A stretch of 64,000 bases of DNA from Nymphaea colorata (Eukaryota): positions 37,200,001 to 37,264,000 of the forward strand of contig NC_045138.2 in the NCBI RefSeq assembly GCF_008831285.2, written 5' to 3'. The position numbers and the translations under genes are program-made. Within the stretch, counting starts at the first letter, position 1. Every line of letters begins with the position of its first letter. The notes below the pieces were generated by a model that ran no database searches, was not told where the DNA came from, and worked only from the letters and a program-made list of their open reading frames with translations. Of this stretch, positions 1 through 13,342 are shown piece by piece.

Positions 1-289
1 CTAGTTGGATCGTGATCAGAAATAATCTTGGTGATGACCTACGTCTTCCACCTTTGCTTTTATCAAAAGAAGATGAAGTTTCTGTTACATATAACATTGG
101 ACAAATTAAAGTTGATGTTATTCTTTTCCGTCAGTTTGAAGCCTCGTTCAAGTCAAGTTTTCGTGACGCAATCTAAGTCATCATCGCTTTTCATTCATTA
201 AACTAATTGAAACATGTAATATTCATTTAAACCGAACTAAAGTAATTATGAAACCGTTCAGTGGGGGGAGAGAGAGAGAGGGAGAGATC

Positions 290-380
290 GGGCCCACCAG
301 GAAACCAAACGTGCTGTGGCGGGGTCTGCAAGCTCGGGCCCCACCATTGAAGTCCTCTTTACCAAAGCTTGGGCCCACCG
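290..380. promoter_or_regulatory. Cluster of GGGCCC(C)AC TCP/site II-like motifs next to a (GA)n tract
   Basis: GGGCCCAC at ~290 and ~371 and GGGCCCCAC at ~336, just downstream of a GA repeat. The regulated gene is not visible and may lie outside the window. Confidence 0.35.
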
Positions 381-2163
381 CAAACTTTGTGGACGTTTAA
401 GTTTCGTCATCCACACGGCATCGATGTCTCTGACGTTCGGTGTGGTCAATTCCCCCTTTTGTCTATTTATCTTTTCTTTAAAAAAAATAACAAATCCACG
501 GCTCCTTCACATTTATTACCATAGAGGAGTGCTCGCCTGTTTTGGTCATTATATACTGGAATATTTAAACCAAATAAATATGTAGATTATTTAATAATTT
601 ATAGTTGACATAAACAATATAATTCAATTATTTATAAGTTTTTAGTAAGCAAGATGTTAATAACCTATTATTTGAAAATATAACTCTATGTTTTCTCTTA
701 AATTTTTCTAATTTTTAGGGTTTTGTACTATGTTGCTGCTGTTAGCGATGATACCGACATGAGAATCAAACTAGTGATCTACCAATTTATATATCTTTAT
801 AAATATCTCTTAAAGGTGATTCATAAGTTATTAGACTAAACCAGCTTTTGAAAAAAAAAAATGGCAGGAGAATATTTGTTTCCATTATATATTACATAGA
901 AGCCTGCCAATGAAATTTGGTGAGTGGCTTTTTGTCATTGTCAACATACTTATTGATGAATTGTAATATACATTAGGATTTTAAGGCTCATACATTCCAA
1001 AATATCTAAACCAACCGCCGTGATGTTTGCCCTTTAAAAGGGTCTTATTTATTAAAGTTTTTAATTGAGGACTATTTTTGTGCTTACCGAGTAAAAGTTG
1101 TGAAAAAACTGCTTGTTTCTTTTAAGAAAAATTTTCATCGAATTTTTTTTCTTTTCTTAAAAGGAAACCCATGAATGCAGCTAGCATGAACCAATACAGT
1201 ATAACTACATAAAAAAAAGTTGGCTACTATTTAAGATCAGTCAGCATGAATTGGAGAGATTGTCTCTGTAAATCAAACTTTTTTTATTTTTAGCGTGGTC
1301 GTTTATTGGGAATTTACTCGTAGATCACAGCTCTCGTATTGCAAAAAGGTTTTTGAAATTGAGAATGTTAAAACATTTAAATCATTTTAACACTCAGCGC
1401 ACAAAACAAATTCAAAACCACACTCAAGCATAAGCGAAACACCAAATAATAGTTTCAAACTTTTAACAAGGTAAAAAATATAAATTTTCCAAATTTTTAT
1501 ATAGGATAAACCAATTTTTTAAAAATTTACATGTGAATTAAAAAAAAAAACCATTGAGGGGAAGCAAGGACCTTGCCCGCAACCCTTGGCTTTGCCCCTG
1601 CTCTCAAACTACCTTACAATCAAAACAGTTTCTGCCCCTTTTACTGTTAGGAATAGCCTAAACTTCTAATTATACACCAAAGGAAGAACATGGAGTACAA
1701 GTGTGCACCAAAAAAAAATTGATGCAAGGAATAAATGAGCCTTTAAGTTTCAGTGTTCTTCATGTTGGAGAGTATGTGGGCCACTTGTATCCCAAAGTAT
1801 ACTCTACTCTTTAATTCTTCAATAGTTGGCATTTGCTACTCACTATGAAGTGACATATCAACAATTTTACTGTATGGCATCAATTTTTCTTGTCAGAAAT
1901 AGAAAGGAAAGGTGAGAGGTCAAGGAAGTGCAGTAATATATTTTTTTTGTTCATAGACATAAATGTTGTTGGTCTGCTCATCATGTCTGGTTCCATGCAT
2001 TTTATACTCACTTTTTGAACAAAAATTACCTTTGACTTTTTCTTAACAATATAAATCGGCATTTAGGCTATTCATTTTCTTGCCAGTAATGTATCCTTAA
2101 TAACAGGATTAACAAGAGCATATACACAGCCTTCAATCAAATTCAAATGACCGGCCTCAAGGG

Positions 2164-2560
2164 TAGGGGTGAACAACGAATCCAGCTCTACTCGTTAAAG
2201 CTCGGCTCGTGAACGAGTCGAGCTCGACGTCATGAGTAGACTCGTTCAAATAATCGAGTTGAGTTCGAACTCAACACGTAACTGCCGAGTCGAGCTCAAG
2301 CTTTAATCGAGTTTGTCGAGCATTAATCAAGTTGATATATTGAAACGAGTTTATGAGTTTGTCAAGCCTTCATCGAGTCGAGCTTGAGCTCAATACTTAT
2401 ATTCAAACGAGTTTGTCGAGCCTTAAACGAGTTGAGCTGAAGCTCAACACGTAACTACCGAGTCGAGCTTGAGCTGCTTCCATCAACTTGTTCTCGAGCT
2501 CGAGCAGGCCGAGTTCAAGCTGACTGAACTGGGGCGCAGCTGAGTTCATGTTCACCCCCA
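2164..2560. mobile_element. Non-autonomous hAT-type MITE
   Basis: TIRs TAGGGGTGAACA...TGTTCACCCCCA; perfect 8-bp TSD CTCAAGGG (2156-2163, 2561-2568); many internal CGAGC/TCGAG subterminal motifs. Confidence 0.9.
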
Positions 2561-3087
2561 CTCAAGGGGTATAGGTAACTTGGTTAGGCCTGAGGTTCAA
2601 TGAGGTTTCGGTCATCAATTTGATTCCGTCGGCACTATGTTTCTAGGATAGGGGCGCAGTGTCGAGTTGAAGGAAGAGGCAGGGAAGAAAAGGAGGCGCG
2701 GGAGGGCTTCAACTGCTCACCTGAAATTCATATCAATTTCCTGCTAATGCTTATCCGTGAGAAGCTACAGTATACTGGATAGGGCCTGCCTTTTATATTT
2801 CTTCAAGATTAAACAATCATTATTCAATTTATGTGGTTGCTTTTAAGACACATGCATCCACGCATGAATAATGTTGTCTGACTTTCTAATACGTGATTCT
2901 TACAGGCGAACAGTAGAAAATATCATCGACGCACTTACATTAAACAAAAATTATATGCAAGACTTCTTTCTTGTGGGCGTAAGTTATCAAGCCCACGACA
3001 TGAGAAGATACAACGGCTTCCTTTGAGCAAACGGTTGACTGTTTCGTCAACATTCGGCGTCTATAATTTTATTTACAAAACTCTGTC

Positions 3088-3123
<36 letters not shown>

Positions 3124-4176
3124 CCAAAACTTTTGATTCTACCTCATCTTGAGAACTAAATTAATTCGTGGAACAAATTTTCAACATATTATTTTATCTC
3201 GTCCTCCATTGAAAGTCAATTCTTTTCTTTTATCTTGCTACATAGTGATCATGTGGGTTTAGTGAGTCCTTCCTTCTTTGATCAATTGTTGGCATTAATG
3301 CTACACACATTTTGCCAATGTAAACTAATAATAAAAAAGGAGGCCTTAGTTTTCGGGTGAGCGGAGTTTGGCCCATTGTTTGAAAAAGGCCAATGCCTTT
3401 ACCGAACTCGTTATCTCGCATATGGTATAGGGCTTGCGTTGGTGCCTGTAAATCCCATCCCCGCTGCACTTCAACTTGCTTGTCAGTGTAAGAAGATTGT
3501 AACATGAGAGAACAATGAAGCCAACCTGTTTGAAATGTACAAGGTGATATTGCACCATAATAATCAGTGTTTCTATGGAGGATAGTAAAGACGGTAGCAA
3601 GTTACAAATTCTGTCTAGGTAGGACATATATCTTCATTGCTAAGTTAAGCAGAGTTAAAATCATCTATTCTGTTAGTGTCGCAACTTGTGTATGTTCCTG
3701 ACAAAAAGAATTGATCAATTGGTCGAGGTCTCGAAGCAAAAAACACATAATAAAAGAGATGTAGCTCTAGTTACTTTCATATTTGTACTTTCTTTTCCAT
3801 TTAAACAATACTGAGTCAGATTCTTCTGCTACCAATATCGAATAAAACTTTCTGAGCAAGATCTTTTTTAATGTAGGAGTTGTTCGATGTAGATTAGTTG
3901 AATCATATAAATTTTATGAAACCATGATGAAACCATGCGCTATAGCTTGAAGCCATAGTTCCGATGGGAATAGTTGGCAATGGAATCAGATTTTTCTCAT
4001 TCTTTCCATATTCTTAAAAGTGCAAAGAGAAGGCCCGGCCACTAGAAACGTCTGCCTCTCTATCTGATCTCTTCCGTTCTACCTCATCTCTTCCAGCTGG
4101 AGGGATTGGACTCATGAGTTGAATTTACAATATCAAATGCGACACATCCCAAATTTTAGTTGACATCAATTTGTTG

Positions 4177-4177
<1 letters not shown>

Positions 4178-4260
<83 letters not shown>
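4178..4260. repeat. Compound (CT)n(AT)n microsatellite
   Basis: Read directly from the sequence. Confidence 0.95.
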
Positions 4261-4264
<4 letters not shown>

Positions 4265-4613
4265 CATAGTCACAGATAAGGTTTCAAAATTTTAAATGGT
4301 GAGATTTTTTTTTTAAATAATATGGTGAACTTGAAAAAAACTAGAAAAATATGGGAGAAGTACCGTAAATTTTTAAAAATTTAAAAAATAAAAAATAAAA
4401 AAAATAAAATAAGTGAGAAGCTAATAATACAAACATCAAAAGATAAGTATATTTGCAACAAATAAAAAATAGAAAATAAGAAAAAAAACTGTTTGACATT
4501 AAAAAAATTAGAAAAAATGAAAAAAAGGGCATTTTTTTAGGTTTTAAACAACCATTTAATTTATCGTGTCTTTTTCTTATTTTTTTCGAAAAAAAGTGTT
4601 TTTCGTGACTATG
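4265..4613. mobile_element. AT-rich MITE (CATAGTCAC TIR family) inserted in a TA microsatellite
   Basis: TIRs CATAGTCAC...GTGACTATG; TA repeats on both flanks; internal sequence shared with the 16281-16649 copy (TAATAATACAAACATCAAAAGATAAGTA.ATTTGCAACAAATA). Confidence 0.8.
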
Positions 4614-6162
4614 ATATATATATATATATACATATATATATAGTAGGATGAATGGTATAACTTAGGTTAGTGAACCCACCATCAGATGCCGGGTGCCGCG
4701 AAGAACCCCGGTTTCAACCTTTTCTCGACACAAGTGGGTCAGGGCACGTCCCTTTTGAAAGAAATAAAAAGAACTTTGTACAACTGATAGTGAAACTTTG
4801 ATTTCTAAATCAGTCCATACGAACGTACATACATATGTAAGGCCAACCAACCCTCCGAACCTCTTCTAGAAGTATGACTCTGACCTCTTGGGGTGGGTTA
4901 GAAGGTTTGACCAACAAACCACGCCAACTTTGACTTTGCCGCTTCGTGGATGTTGGACCCAGTCCGTCTTTCCCGTTTGAAGGGCCGGCTGATGCATTTG
5001 CCTGTTTGAGTGCGCAATTCTCTAACATGTGGATCTTACAACTCGGTCTGCAGGGCCCAGGGTTCGTTGACTTGGATCTGTTCATGAGTCCAGTTTATTT
5101 GATAATTGCAACTTAGACTTTTGATCTCCATACATATGCTTAAACCACTCGATTAATTATTGATTATGAGAGACTCTTTGAACTCTTAACATTTTTTTTT
5201 TTTTGAGACGAATTTTATTAAATTTTATTCATTATAAATATTTTATAGAAAATACTATAAGTTTAACAAATTAATATGCAAAAGTGTCATGAACTTAGGG
5301 GAGTATCGTTGACCGCACGGACTTGGACTCGAGGCTTTAGTGCTGGCTTTTCCAACTTTCTTGGTTCAGACGAATGATGTGATGTTTTCTTATTGGAACA
5401 AATATAATCTAGCATGTATACAAGTTCCACGGTCAAACCAAAGCGTACCTTTTCTACTTGCGATGGAATAAAATAGAAAATCTGCTTTCCATTTGGTTTT
5501 TTATGACTCATTTCTTATGGTTTACGTCCACGTCTTTAATTTCAGTTTTGTGCCATTGAACCTAATCGTTCTCTTCTTTTTTTTTTATCGCTTGCTTCAC
5601 TCCACATATTAGAATGTGGCAGTGCAATGTGTTTTTCTCCATCTTTCTCTCCCTATCAAATGATACTCCAATGGTAGACAGAACAAAATCATCCAAGCAC
5701 AATAGGACAATTCGAATTTGTATTCAATTGCCGACATGGTTTACTATCTAATACGTGCCACCAATCGTTTGGAATGAACTCCAATGTCTCTTGGTCAAAG
5801 CTAGCAGTCTTTTTAAGTAGAAGTCCAATTTAAATTGAATTTGGTACACCAAATCCCTTCTCTCAATCGATATGTATATTCAGAAATATATGGCAACTGA
5901 GATTTAAAAAACTAAAATAACCACTGTGAGCTAAGAAATGAATTAAATTAACATCAAAGGTTGCTATAAGAAAAGTTCTCTCTCGAAAATAAGGTGCCTA
6001 CAATTCTCTGTGGGAAAAACTTCGGTCGAATGATCTAATTCGATCTAACAACTGGGCCATTTTTTACATTATTCGTTCAAACTAGGTTCACTGTTCAACT
6101 AATCTGAAATTTTATATTGAAAGTAAAGCTGCTTACTGAACAGTGAAAATTACAGCCAAGGT

Positions 6163-9100
6163 TCAGATCGAGTCAAGCCATTCATCAAAATCATCTAATG
6201 ACACTAATGGTGCATTTTCGCTCTTGTCACCTTTACTTTCATTGTCCACAATGGATGGTGCAACTTTTGGAAGCATTTTCTTATCTGGTCCTTCATTGGT
6301 AAGGTCACCAGACTTCATCAGGAGCCTCTGATTAGGAGCTCTGTAGGTCGATCCCAAAGATGCCCCACCAAGTACGGAGCTAGAGGACCCTCTTGAATGA
6401 GAAGAGGCAGATATCCCCACAGACCGTCCTGGAATTTGTTGCTTAATATCAAATGATTCTAGAAGCTTAGCCTCATCAAACGAATCAAGCAGCGTATCAA
6501 GCTCTGCCTCTGCTGCAGTGGCGTCGAATCTGCTTATTGGCATGTCTTGAATTGATTGTGATGCATCATCTTGCTCCTCTCTTGATTTTGAAGCATCATC
6601 TTTTGTATGCAAGATGCTTTTGATTTGGTATGACTGCTCCAGAAAAGAAACATTGGTTGGGTTGTGAGCGATGCCTTGCCCTTCCATGGCTTTGTATTTC
6701 AAATCATGTCTATTCTGTTTCAGGACCTCGCCCCCTTGCGAATCTCTGGATGAAACTGACATGTGCTCGGCATCATGCAGATGTGTATCCTCAGGGCAGA
6801 TTATCTTACCTGCTAAAGGCTGTTGCACACGTTCAGATTCACTAGCCCGAGAGAGTTCAACATTTTTACATTCGTCATTAATGCTTGCTTTGAAGCCACT
6901 TGCACGCTGTTGACAGAAAATGACTGTGCATCAGAAAATATATTAACTATATTTTTGAAGTAATAATATACATTCTTCACATAATACAATTGAAATGCCA
7001 AAAAGACGGTGATGGTTATAGACGTGTTTGTGAGATGTTTCTGTAACACTTTCTCATTAAAGAGAGACGTAACAAGAACAGATGACAGAATATTGGATTG
7101 CAAGTAGTCATAAGACTGCCTATCCAATCATCCAATCACATGCACTAGGTCAATAATTTGTCCATCATGCATATGATAGACCTAGGACCAGTAAAGAACT
7201 GATACACAAAAAATATGAAGCTGAAATTTTTTAATTGGTGAAAGTGACAGGCCTAGCAAGTGACGACTAGAGAACAAGGTCTTCCAATCCATGCCATTTT
7301 GTTCCAGGAGGTTACCGTTAGTTGCAGAGCTAACTAAGATTTTAAGAAAAATAACGTTTCCCACTTACCACAATCAATCATAGCCCACTACCTTGGGATT
7401 AATCAAATACCCGGATCCTTCAGACGTCAAAGTACAGATTTGACCAATGAAGTGTCTTAGACTCTTAGATATCTTCATTTTAATGCATCGCTACTATGTC
7501 TCATGAAGTCATCATACAGTGAAGTAAATAAGTGAAGATCCATGATAGACGAAATAGAGCTTCTGTCTTGATTTCTGCAGATTCAACGCAATGAGGGAAC
7601 CTCAGCATCTATATGAGAACAACCACCAAATCAAGGTGGCAGCACACATGCCAGAAGATACTAATGGATTGTAAGATCCAATGCACTCTCCCCATTGTAC
7701 TTTACTTGTGTGAGGCAGAAGTATTTCAGTTTCTTTTAATTTCTCTGTCTGTGTGTTTTTGCTTTAGTAATTTCTTTTGTATGGGTCGGGTCTAGTTAGA
7801 GTGTGCAACCCAACCCAGCACGTCATGTACCTAAACCCACTTAAGGGTAATCAAACCCTAATGAAGATTATCGTTGACGTGAAGAGGAGCTGGGCTTCCT
7901 ACAGCTGTGTTTGTGAGTGCTGCAGCGAGCGGCTGTAGTGGTGAGCCAAACCGAAGCTAACAAGGTATCATAGCTCCAGCGACCATGGCGGAGAGAATCA
8001 CTGTGCGCAACTCCTTTGCAGCGGTGGAACAACACAAAAATCAAGTGGAAACGATGATTGACGGCCTGGAAGGGCAGAGATGCATGGGATGGATCAACGC
8101 CTGAACACAGTGGATGCACGGTTGGAAGCCATGATGGTGGAGCAACAGGCGATGTCGATGCTCTTGCGTGAAAGCCTGCGACAAGGCTCTCAGCAACAGT
8201 CACTTGATTCCGATCAGACCCAGTCGGACGAGCGCATGGAGCAGGGTTGGCCAGGGAATGAAGGCACAGCCTGGAGCACAACGAAGATGGATTTTCCGCA
8301 GTTCTCCGGAGACGACCCCATTAGTTGGGTATTTCGTGCTGAACAGTACTTCCATTGCCAAGGGATCATGGGCGACGAAAGAGTACGTCAAGCGGTAGTT
8401 TATTTTGAGGGCGCAGCGATATGTTGGTACCGTTGGTTGGTGTCGCAGCAAGGAAGACCAGACTGGGCGACCTTGGTGAAAGAGCTCACGTCGTGCTTTG
8501 GGCCGTCAGCATATCTCGACTATAATGTAGAGTTGTCGAGCATTAAACAATCAGGTATGGTGTTGGAATACCAGGAACATTTCAAGGCGTTGACGAATAT
8601 GGTGTGTGGATGGCCCCTTCCAGCCCTCATCGACGCGTTCCTAGCATGATTGACTGATGAAATACGCATCGAAGTCCAAGCGATAAAGCCATGAACATTA
8701 ATGGACTGCTTCGAATTAGCGCGCATAGTGGAGGAGAAACACGAATGGCTGCACATGTTCAATAAGGGCACTTTTAGCAAGACATGGCAAGGCGTGAGAA
8801 CCAGCCCACGCGAGACTATCCATAAGGCATGGCCGGATGCGAGGAACAGCCCACGAGAGAAGTTGAAATCTGACATTTTTCCACCTGCCCCAGGAAAAAA
8901 TCAGAAGGGAAACGCGCCGCACCAAGTTGTGAGACATTTGACGCCGGAGCAAATCAAGGAGAAGAGACGGCTGAACCAATGTTTTTACTGTGATCAGCCG
9001 TACGTTCCAGGGCATAACTGCAGACGCCAACATATGTACCTCGTCGAGGAGAGTGACGAACCACTAGAGGCCGATGCGGATCCGCCCTTGCCCATGGAAC

Positions 9101-12100
9101 CAGAGGTGATGGAAAACCAGACAATCCCCGAAATTTCGCTGCATGCATTGGCTGGAGATAAGGTTCCACATCTCATGCGTGTGGAAGGCAAGTTGCGAGG
9201 CCGGCCAGTCAGCGTGCTAATCGACACAGGCTCGACTCACAATTTCATTTGTGAGAAATTTGCCCGGGCCCTGGGCTGTCATATAGAGGTTCAACCCTCC
9301 TTTGACGTGGTGGTCGGAGATGGGAGTACCCTGAGGTGCAGGGGTAAGTGTCAAATGGAAAGGTTAGAGATCCAAGGTTTTCACTTTCCTGTACAGTTAT
9401 ACATTTTAGCCATGGCGAGAGCCGACCTAGTCTTAGGCATCCAGTGGTTGTGCGAATTGGGAGAAGTGGTATGAGATTTCGTGGGCATGAGAATGCAGTT
9501 TAGGGGCCCCGCGAACGAAAGATTTACGTTGGAGGCGAGCCCTAGGCGACCTTGTTCAGAAGCACCAGCTGTCTGCCTGCTGAAGGGACCGTCCGCTTCT
9601 TTTCTCCTGCTATCCACTCAAGTTCAGGCACATATGGAAGAGAAAACAATCCGATTCAGCTCCGAAGAGTTTAAGAAAACGCTGCAGGAAATGCTATAGG
9701 AGCTTGGGTCAGTTTTTAGCACGCCTAAGGCGTTGCCGCCGGAGATAGGATATGAACATTGCATTGAATTACAACCGGGAGCCGAACCTGTCAAATCAAG
9801 ATTGTATCGCTACAGCCAAGTATAGCAAGAAACCCTCGAAGAACTTGTGCAGGAAATGTTGGAAGCAGGGGTGATTCAGCCAAGTCACAGCCCCCTTGCT
9901 TGGCCCCGCCATGGAAGCCGACGTTTCTGCGTAGACTATCGCGCGTTGAACACCATCACTATCAAAGACAGGTACCCGATCCCCATTGTGGAAGACTTAC
10001 TAGATGAGTTGTATGAGGCCTGCGTTTTCTCCAAACTAGACTTGCGCTTTGGGTATCATCAAATCCGTGTGGTGAAGGATGACATTCCTAAGACCTCTTT
10101 CCACACGCACGACGAACACTACGAGTTCACCGTCATGCCTTTCGGACTGACGAATGCGCCTTCCACCTTTCAATCGCTGATGAATGATGTGTTTCGCCCC
10201 TTCTTGCGAAGGTTCGTATTGGTATTCTTTGATGACATTTTGATTTACAGCAAGGGGGAATGAGAACACCTCAACCACTTACAAACTGTTCTAGTGGCTT
10301 TGCAACGACACAAGCTACACGCCAAACTTTCTAAATGTGTTTTTGGCAATCCCAAGATCTCTTATCTAGGGCATGTGATAAGTCATGGGAAGGTGAGCAT
10401 GGAACAAGAAAAAGTCCATGCGGTGAAGGGATGAAGTATACCTAAAAACGTACGAGAGTTGTGTGCGTTGCTAGGGCTCACGGGTTACTACTGTAAATTT
10501 GTCTGAAATTACGGTCTGGTCGCAGCGCCTCTCACAGCCCTAACTAAGAAAGGTTGTTTTGCATGGAGTATTCAAGCCGAACAAGCATTCCAACAACTCA
10601 AAGAGGCAATGACACAGCTCCGGTTTTACAGATGCCTAATTTTCAGCTTCCCTTTACGGTTGAGTCAAATGCATCCGATTTGGGGATGTGAGCGGTCCTG
10701 AGCCAAGAGCAACACCCAATTGCTTATTTAGCTAAACCAAGGCTAACAACTTGGCTACAAGGTGCTCCTTACTAACTTCATACACATTTAAGCGTGATTT
10801 TTATGTATTCCAGGATCTGCTAATGATGTATATCCTGATGGCAGGAGCAGAAGATATGGCCAATTTTCATACTCCACCAGACAGAGTTCCAAAATGTTAA
10901 GACATATATTTCCAGTGGTTCTTAATCTTCCATATTGCCTCACCTTATGTGAAAAATACATACAGTAATTGAGAATGTTGATAACATACAACTTGACCAT
11001 TTCGATCTTCTTGAGACCCACAAGGCTCAGACTCGAATAAACACAATAGATAAATTATTATCTCCTTTATCCTACTACTAATGACTTGGACATTCATGAA
11101 TAATGGTAGATAAAAACAAAAAACACACACACATACACATGTAAAGCAAATTATGCCTTATGAAGTTCTGCATACTGTGCCAACTAGTAGTTAGAAAGCG
11201 GGTAGGGCCAGTAGGCAGCCTCAAATCTTGTTCATTAGGAGCCACTTACCATTTCATGTAATAAAACTGAATTTAACATGAACCTTTGAACCATGTCCAA
11301 TTACCCCTATGCTTATTAACTGTGATATATAGATTTATTGCTATCCCAAGGTTCATATCTTACTATGTGTCGCAGGTGATTGAACCTACCAATAGGTAGA
11401 CAAATTAGAAAGCACATTCATACAGTCTAGGCATAATTCATGTCTACTTCCACACAGGAATAAATACATAATAGATATGGTTCAAAGTTAAAAAATATGC
11501 ATCTCTAAATTATGTACTACAAAAGGAGCGTTAACTAATATTTAATTGAATACCATAAATGTCAACCACGCCAAAAACAGAAAACATTGTAGGTATCATA
11601 AAAGGTGTGGAAAATTTATACCATGCTTGCAGGCAATATATCTTCTTCAACAAAGAGCCGCTTTGAGGGTTCTAGCTTGGCAAGTTGTTCTGCAACAAGA
11701 TGAAGGTCCAGGGAAAAAAATGATGCCTGCATCATACCAAAGGGAAAGTATTAACAGAAAGCAAAGAAAGGATACGCCAAAATTCATAAGGCAAGACAAT
11801 AAATTGTTAGATCTGGCTACTCACTTCAGAACTCTTATTCAGAATACTAATGATATAAAGATTGCACCATGGAGAACAAAGAGGAAGCATATAAATTTCT
11901 TTGAACAGATGAAGAGAGGTGAAATCGAAATTGCCAGAAGATTGTTTGATCAATTCATGGTGTCGAAAGTACCAGCAGGTCGCAAGCACTGTTAATTACA
12001 TGAGAAAAGCAGTTACCTCATGGTCTAAAGGACTGTCGTCAACATGAAAATTGTCATCTGCACCCAAGGACAAAAGTCCCTTTCCCCTGGCAGAAAGCAT

Positions 12101-13342
12101 AGAACTCAGTCCCTGAGAAAAATCTAAAAAACAATTTCTTGTTAGTTTTTTGGAGAAGATTACAGTAACTTTTACTCCATTTATACCAATATTTAACTCG
12201 TTGACATTGGTTTACCCCTATATTTGCCAAAAAACACAGATAAAGTATACTGTGTATGAACAGGCATAAAGATATCAATGATATGACAACACAAAACATC
12301 ATTTATTTACAAGACAACATACGCCACATAGTATATAGTACATACAATTGCTTAGATATCATCACGAAAAGTAACAAAGCCTTTTTAGTTAACGATGATG
12401 GCCCTTAAGGCCTTAACCACGAAGTGTTATGAGTACAACACCATGGAAAGGCTCAGGCCACAGAATGGCAGGGTTGGGGCATGATCCAGGGTCTTCAACT
12501 TGACACCTTTACATTTCCCTCCTACCACCTGCTCTCCACCTGATGGCAACCTAATGAAGTTACAGTTAGCACATAACAGAATGGCTGGCTGGTAAATCAA
12601 AATAAAAGCCAAACCCTTCGCAGAACGTAGAAAAAAGGAAAACAAGTTCTGGAAGGCAGGAATAGAAATTTACCGATTCAAGCAAACACGTACTAAAAAC
12701 ACGGGGGAAAAAAAAATCTCGTTCAGTATCAATCGTGATTCCGAGAATGTATATCTCAAATTAGCCTTTTATTAACATTCAAACCAAAACTAACACACAC
12801 AAACACACAGAGTTGCAATTCCAGACCCAAGCAAAAGACAAACCAGAAGAATCATCTCAAAGAAATGCTCATAGCAGAAGCAGATAGAAAACTGATACAA
12901 ACTAGCAGAATGTATGTGAAACGAATACATAATGAGAAAACGAAAACGGCTTTCAAAGGCAGAAACTAACCAAGACCAAATACGACAACAAACCTTGAAG
13001 TAGGACTTCATGGAAGGAAGGCACGCCGCGGGGCTGCGATTGGGCCTCAGAGATCAAATAGGAATAGTCGGCGCCCTTACTTTTGGGCACCACGATTTCT
13101 TGCTTGGGAGTTTGGGAAAAGGGGCTTCCTGAACCATACTCGCCCATCTCGTCCCCCTCTTCTTCATAGCGGTCCCAATTGGAGGGAAGCGTTGGTTGTG
13201 TGGGGCTTGCCCGACTTGGATATCGGTTTTGGTGGGGCTTCTTCTTCGTGGGCTTGTTGGCTTCAGGCTTCCGACCGCCATGCTGATGATGTTGGGGTTG
13301 ATGGGATACGCCCTTTGCTTTCTTCGACGACTTCAAATCCAT
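6163..13342 (-). CDS. CER16: ECERIFERUM 16 (CER16)-like protein; 4 exons 13342-12994, 12123-12017, 11726-11622, 6906-6163 (~434 aa)
   Basis: Motifs [74 protein letters not shown] and C-terminal [10 protein letters not shown]. All introns are GT-AG and phases are consistent (exon lengths 349, 107, 105, 744 nt). Confidence 0.8.
7709..7962 (+). repeat. 5' LTR (254 bp)
   Basis: Starts TG immediately after the TSD ACTTG and ends CA immediately before the PBS; its last 18 nt recur at 10731-10748. Confidence 0.8.
7985..10730 (+). pseudogene. gag-pol pseudogene, truncated within RNase H, no integrase
   Basis: ORF pieces starting at 8080, 8701, 9481 and 9847 share one frame, broken by stops at 8647, 8692, 9472, 9697, 9823, 10261, 10432 and 10504; frameshifts near the start and at ~10620. 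Confidence 0.9.

Larger units (their letters stand above)
7709..10748 (+). mobile_element. Decayed Ty3/gypsy LTR retrotransposon (chromovirus/Reina-like) inside CER16 intron 3, antisense to the host
   Basis: 5' LTR TG...CA 7709-7962; degenerate tRNA-iMet PBS AGGTATCATAGC 7963-7974; gag ([21 protein letters not shown]), protease ([10 protein letters not shown]), RT ([37 protein letters not shown]) and part of RNase H; 5-bp TSD ACTTG (7704-7708, 10749-10753). Confidence 0.93.

Noticed and set aside
3300..3510. KKGGLSFR stretch resembling a LINE ORF2 motif
   Set aside because: A single short motif with no downstream motifs recovered in the expected order.
11546..11995. 149-aa plus-strand ORF
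   Set aside because: Antisense to CER16 exon 3 and flanking introns, non-ATG start, no motif.
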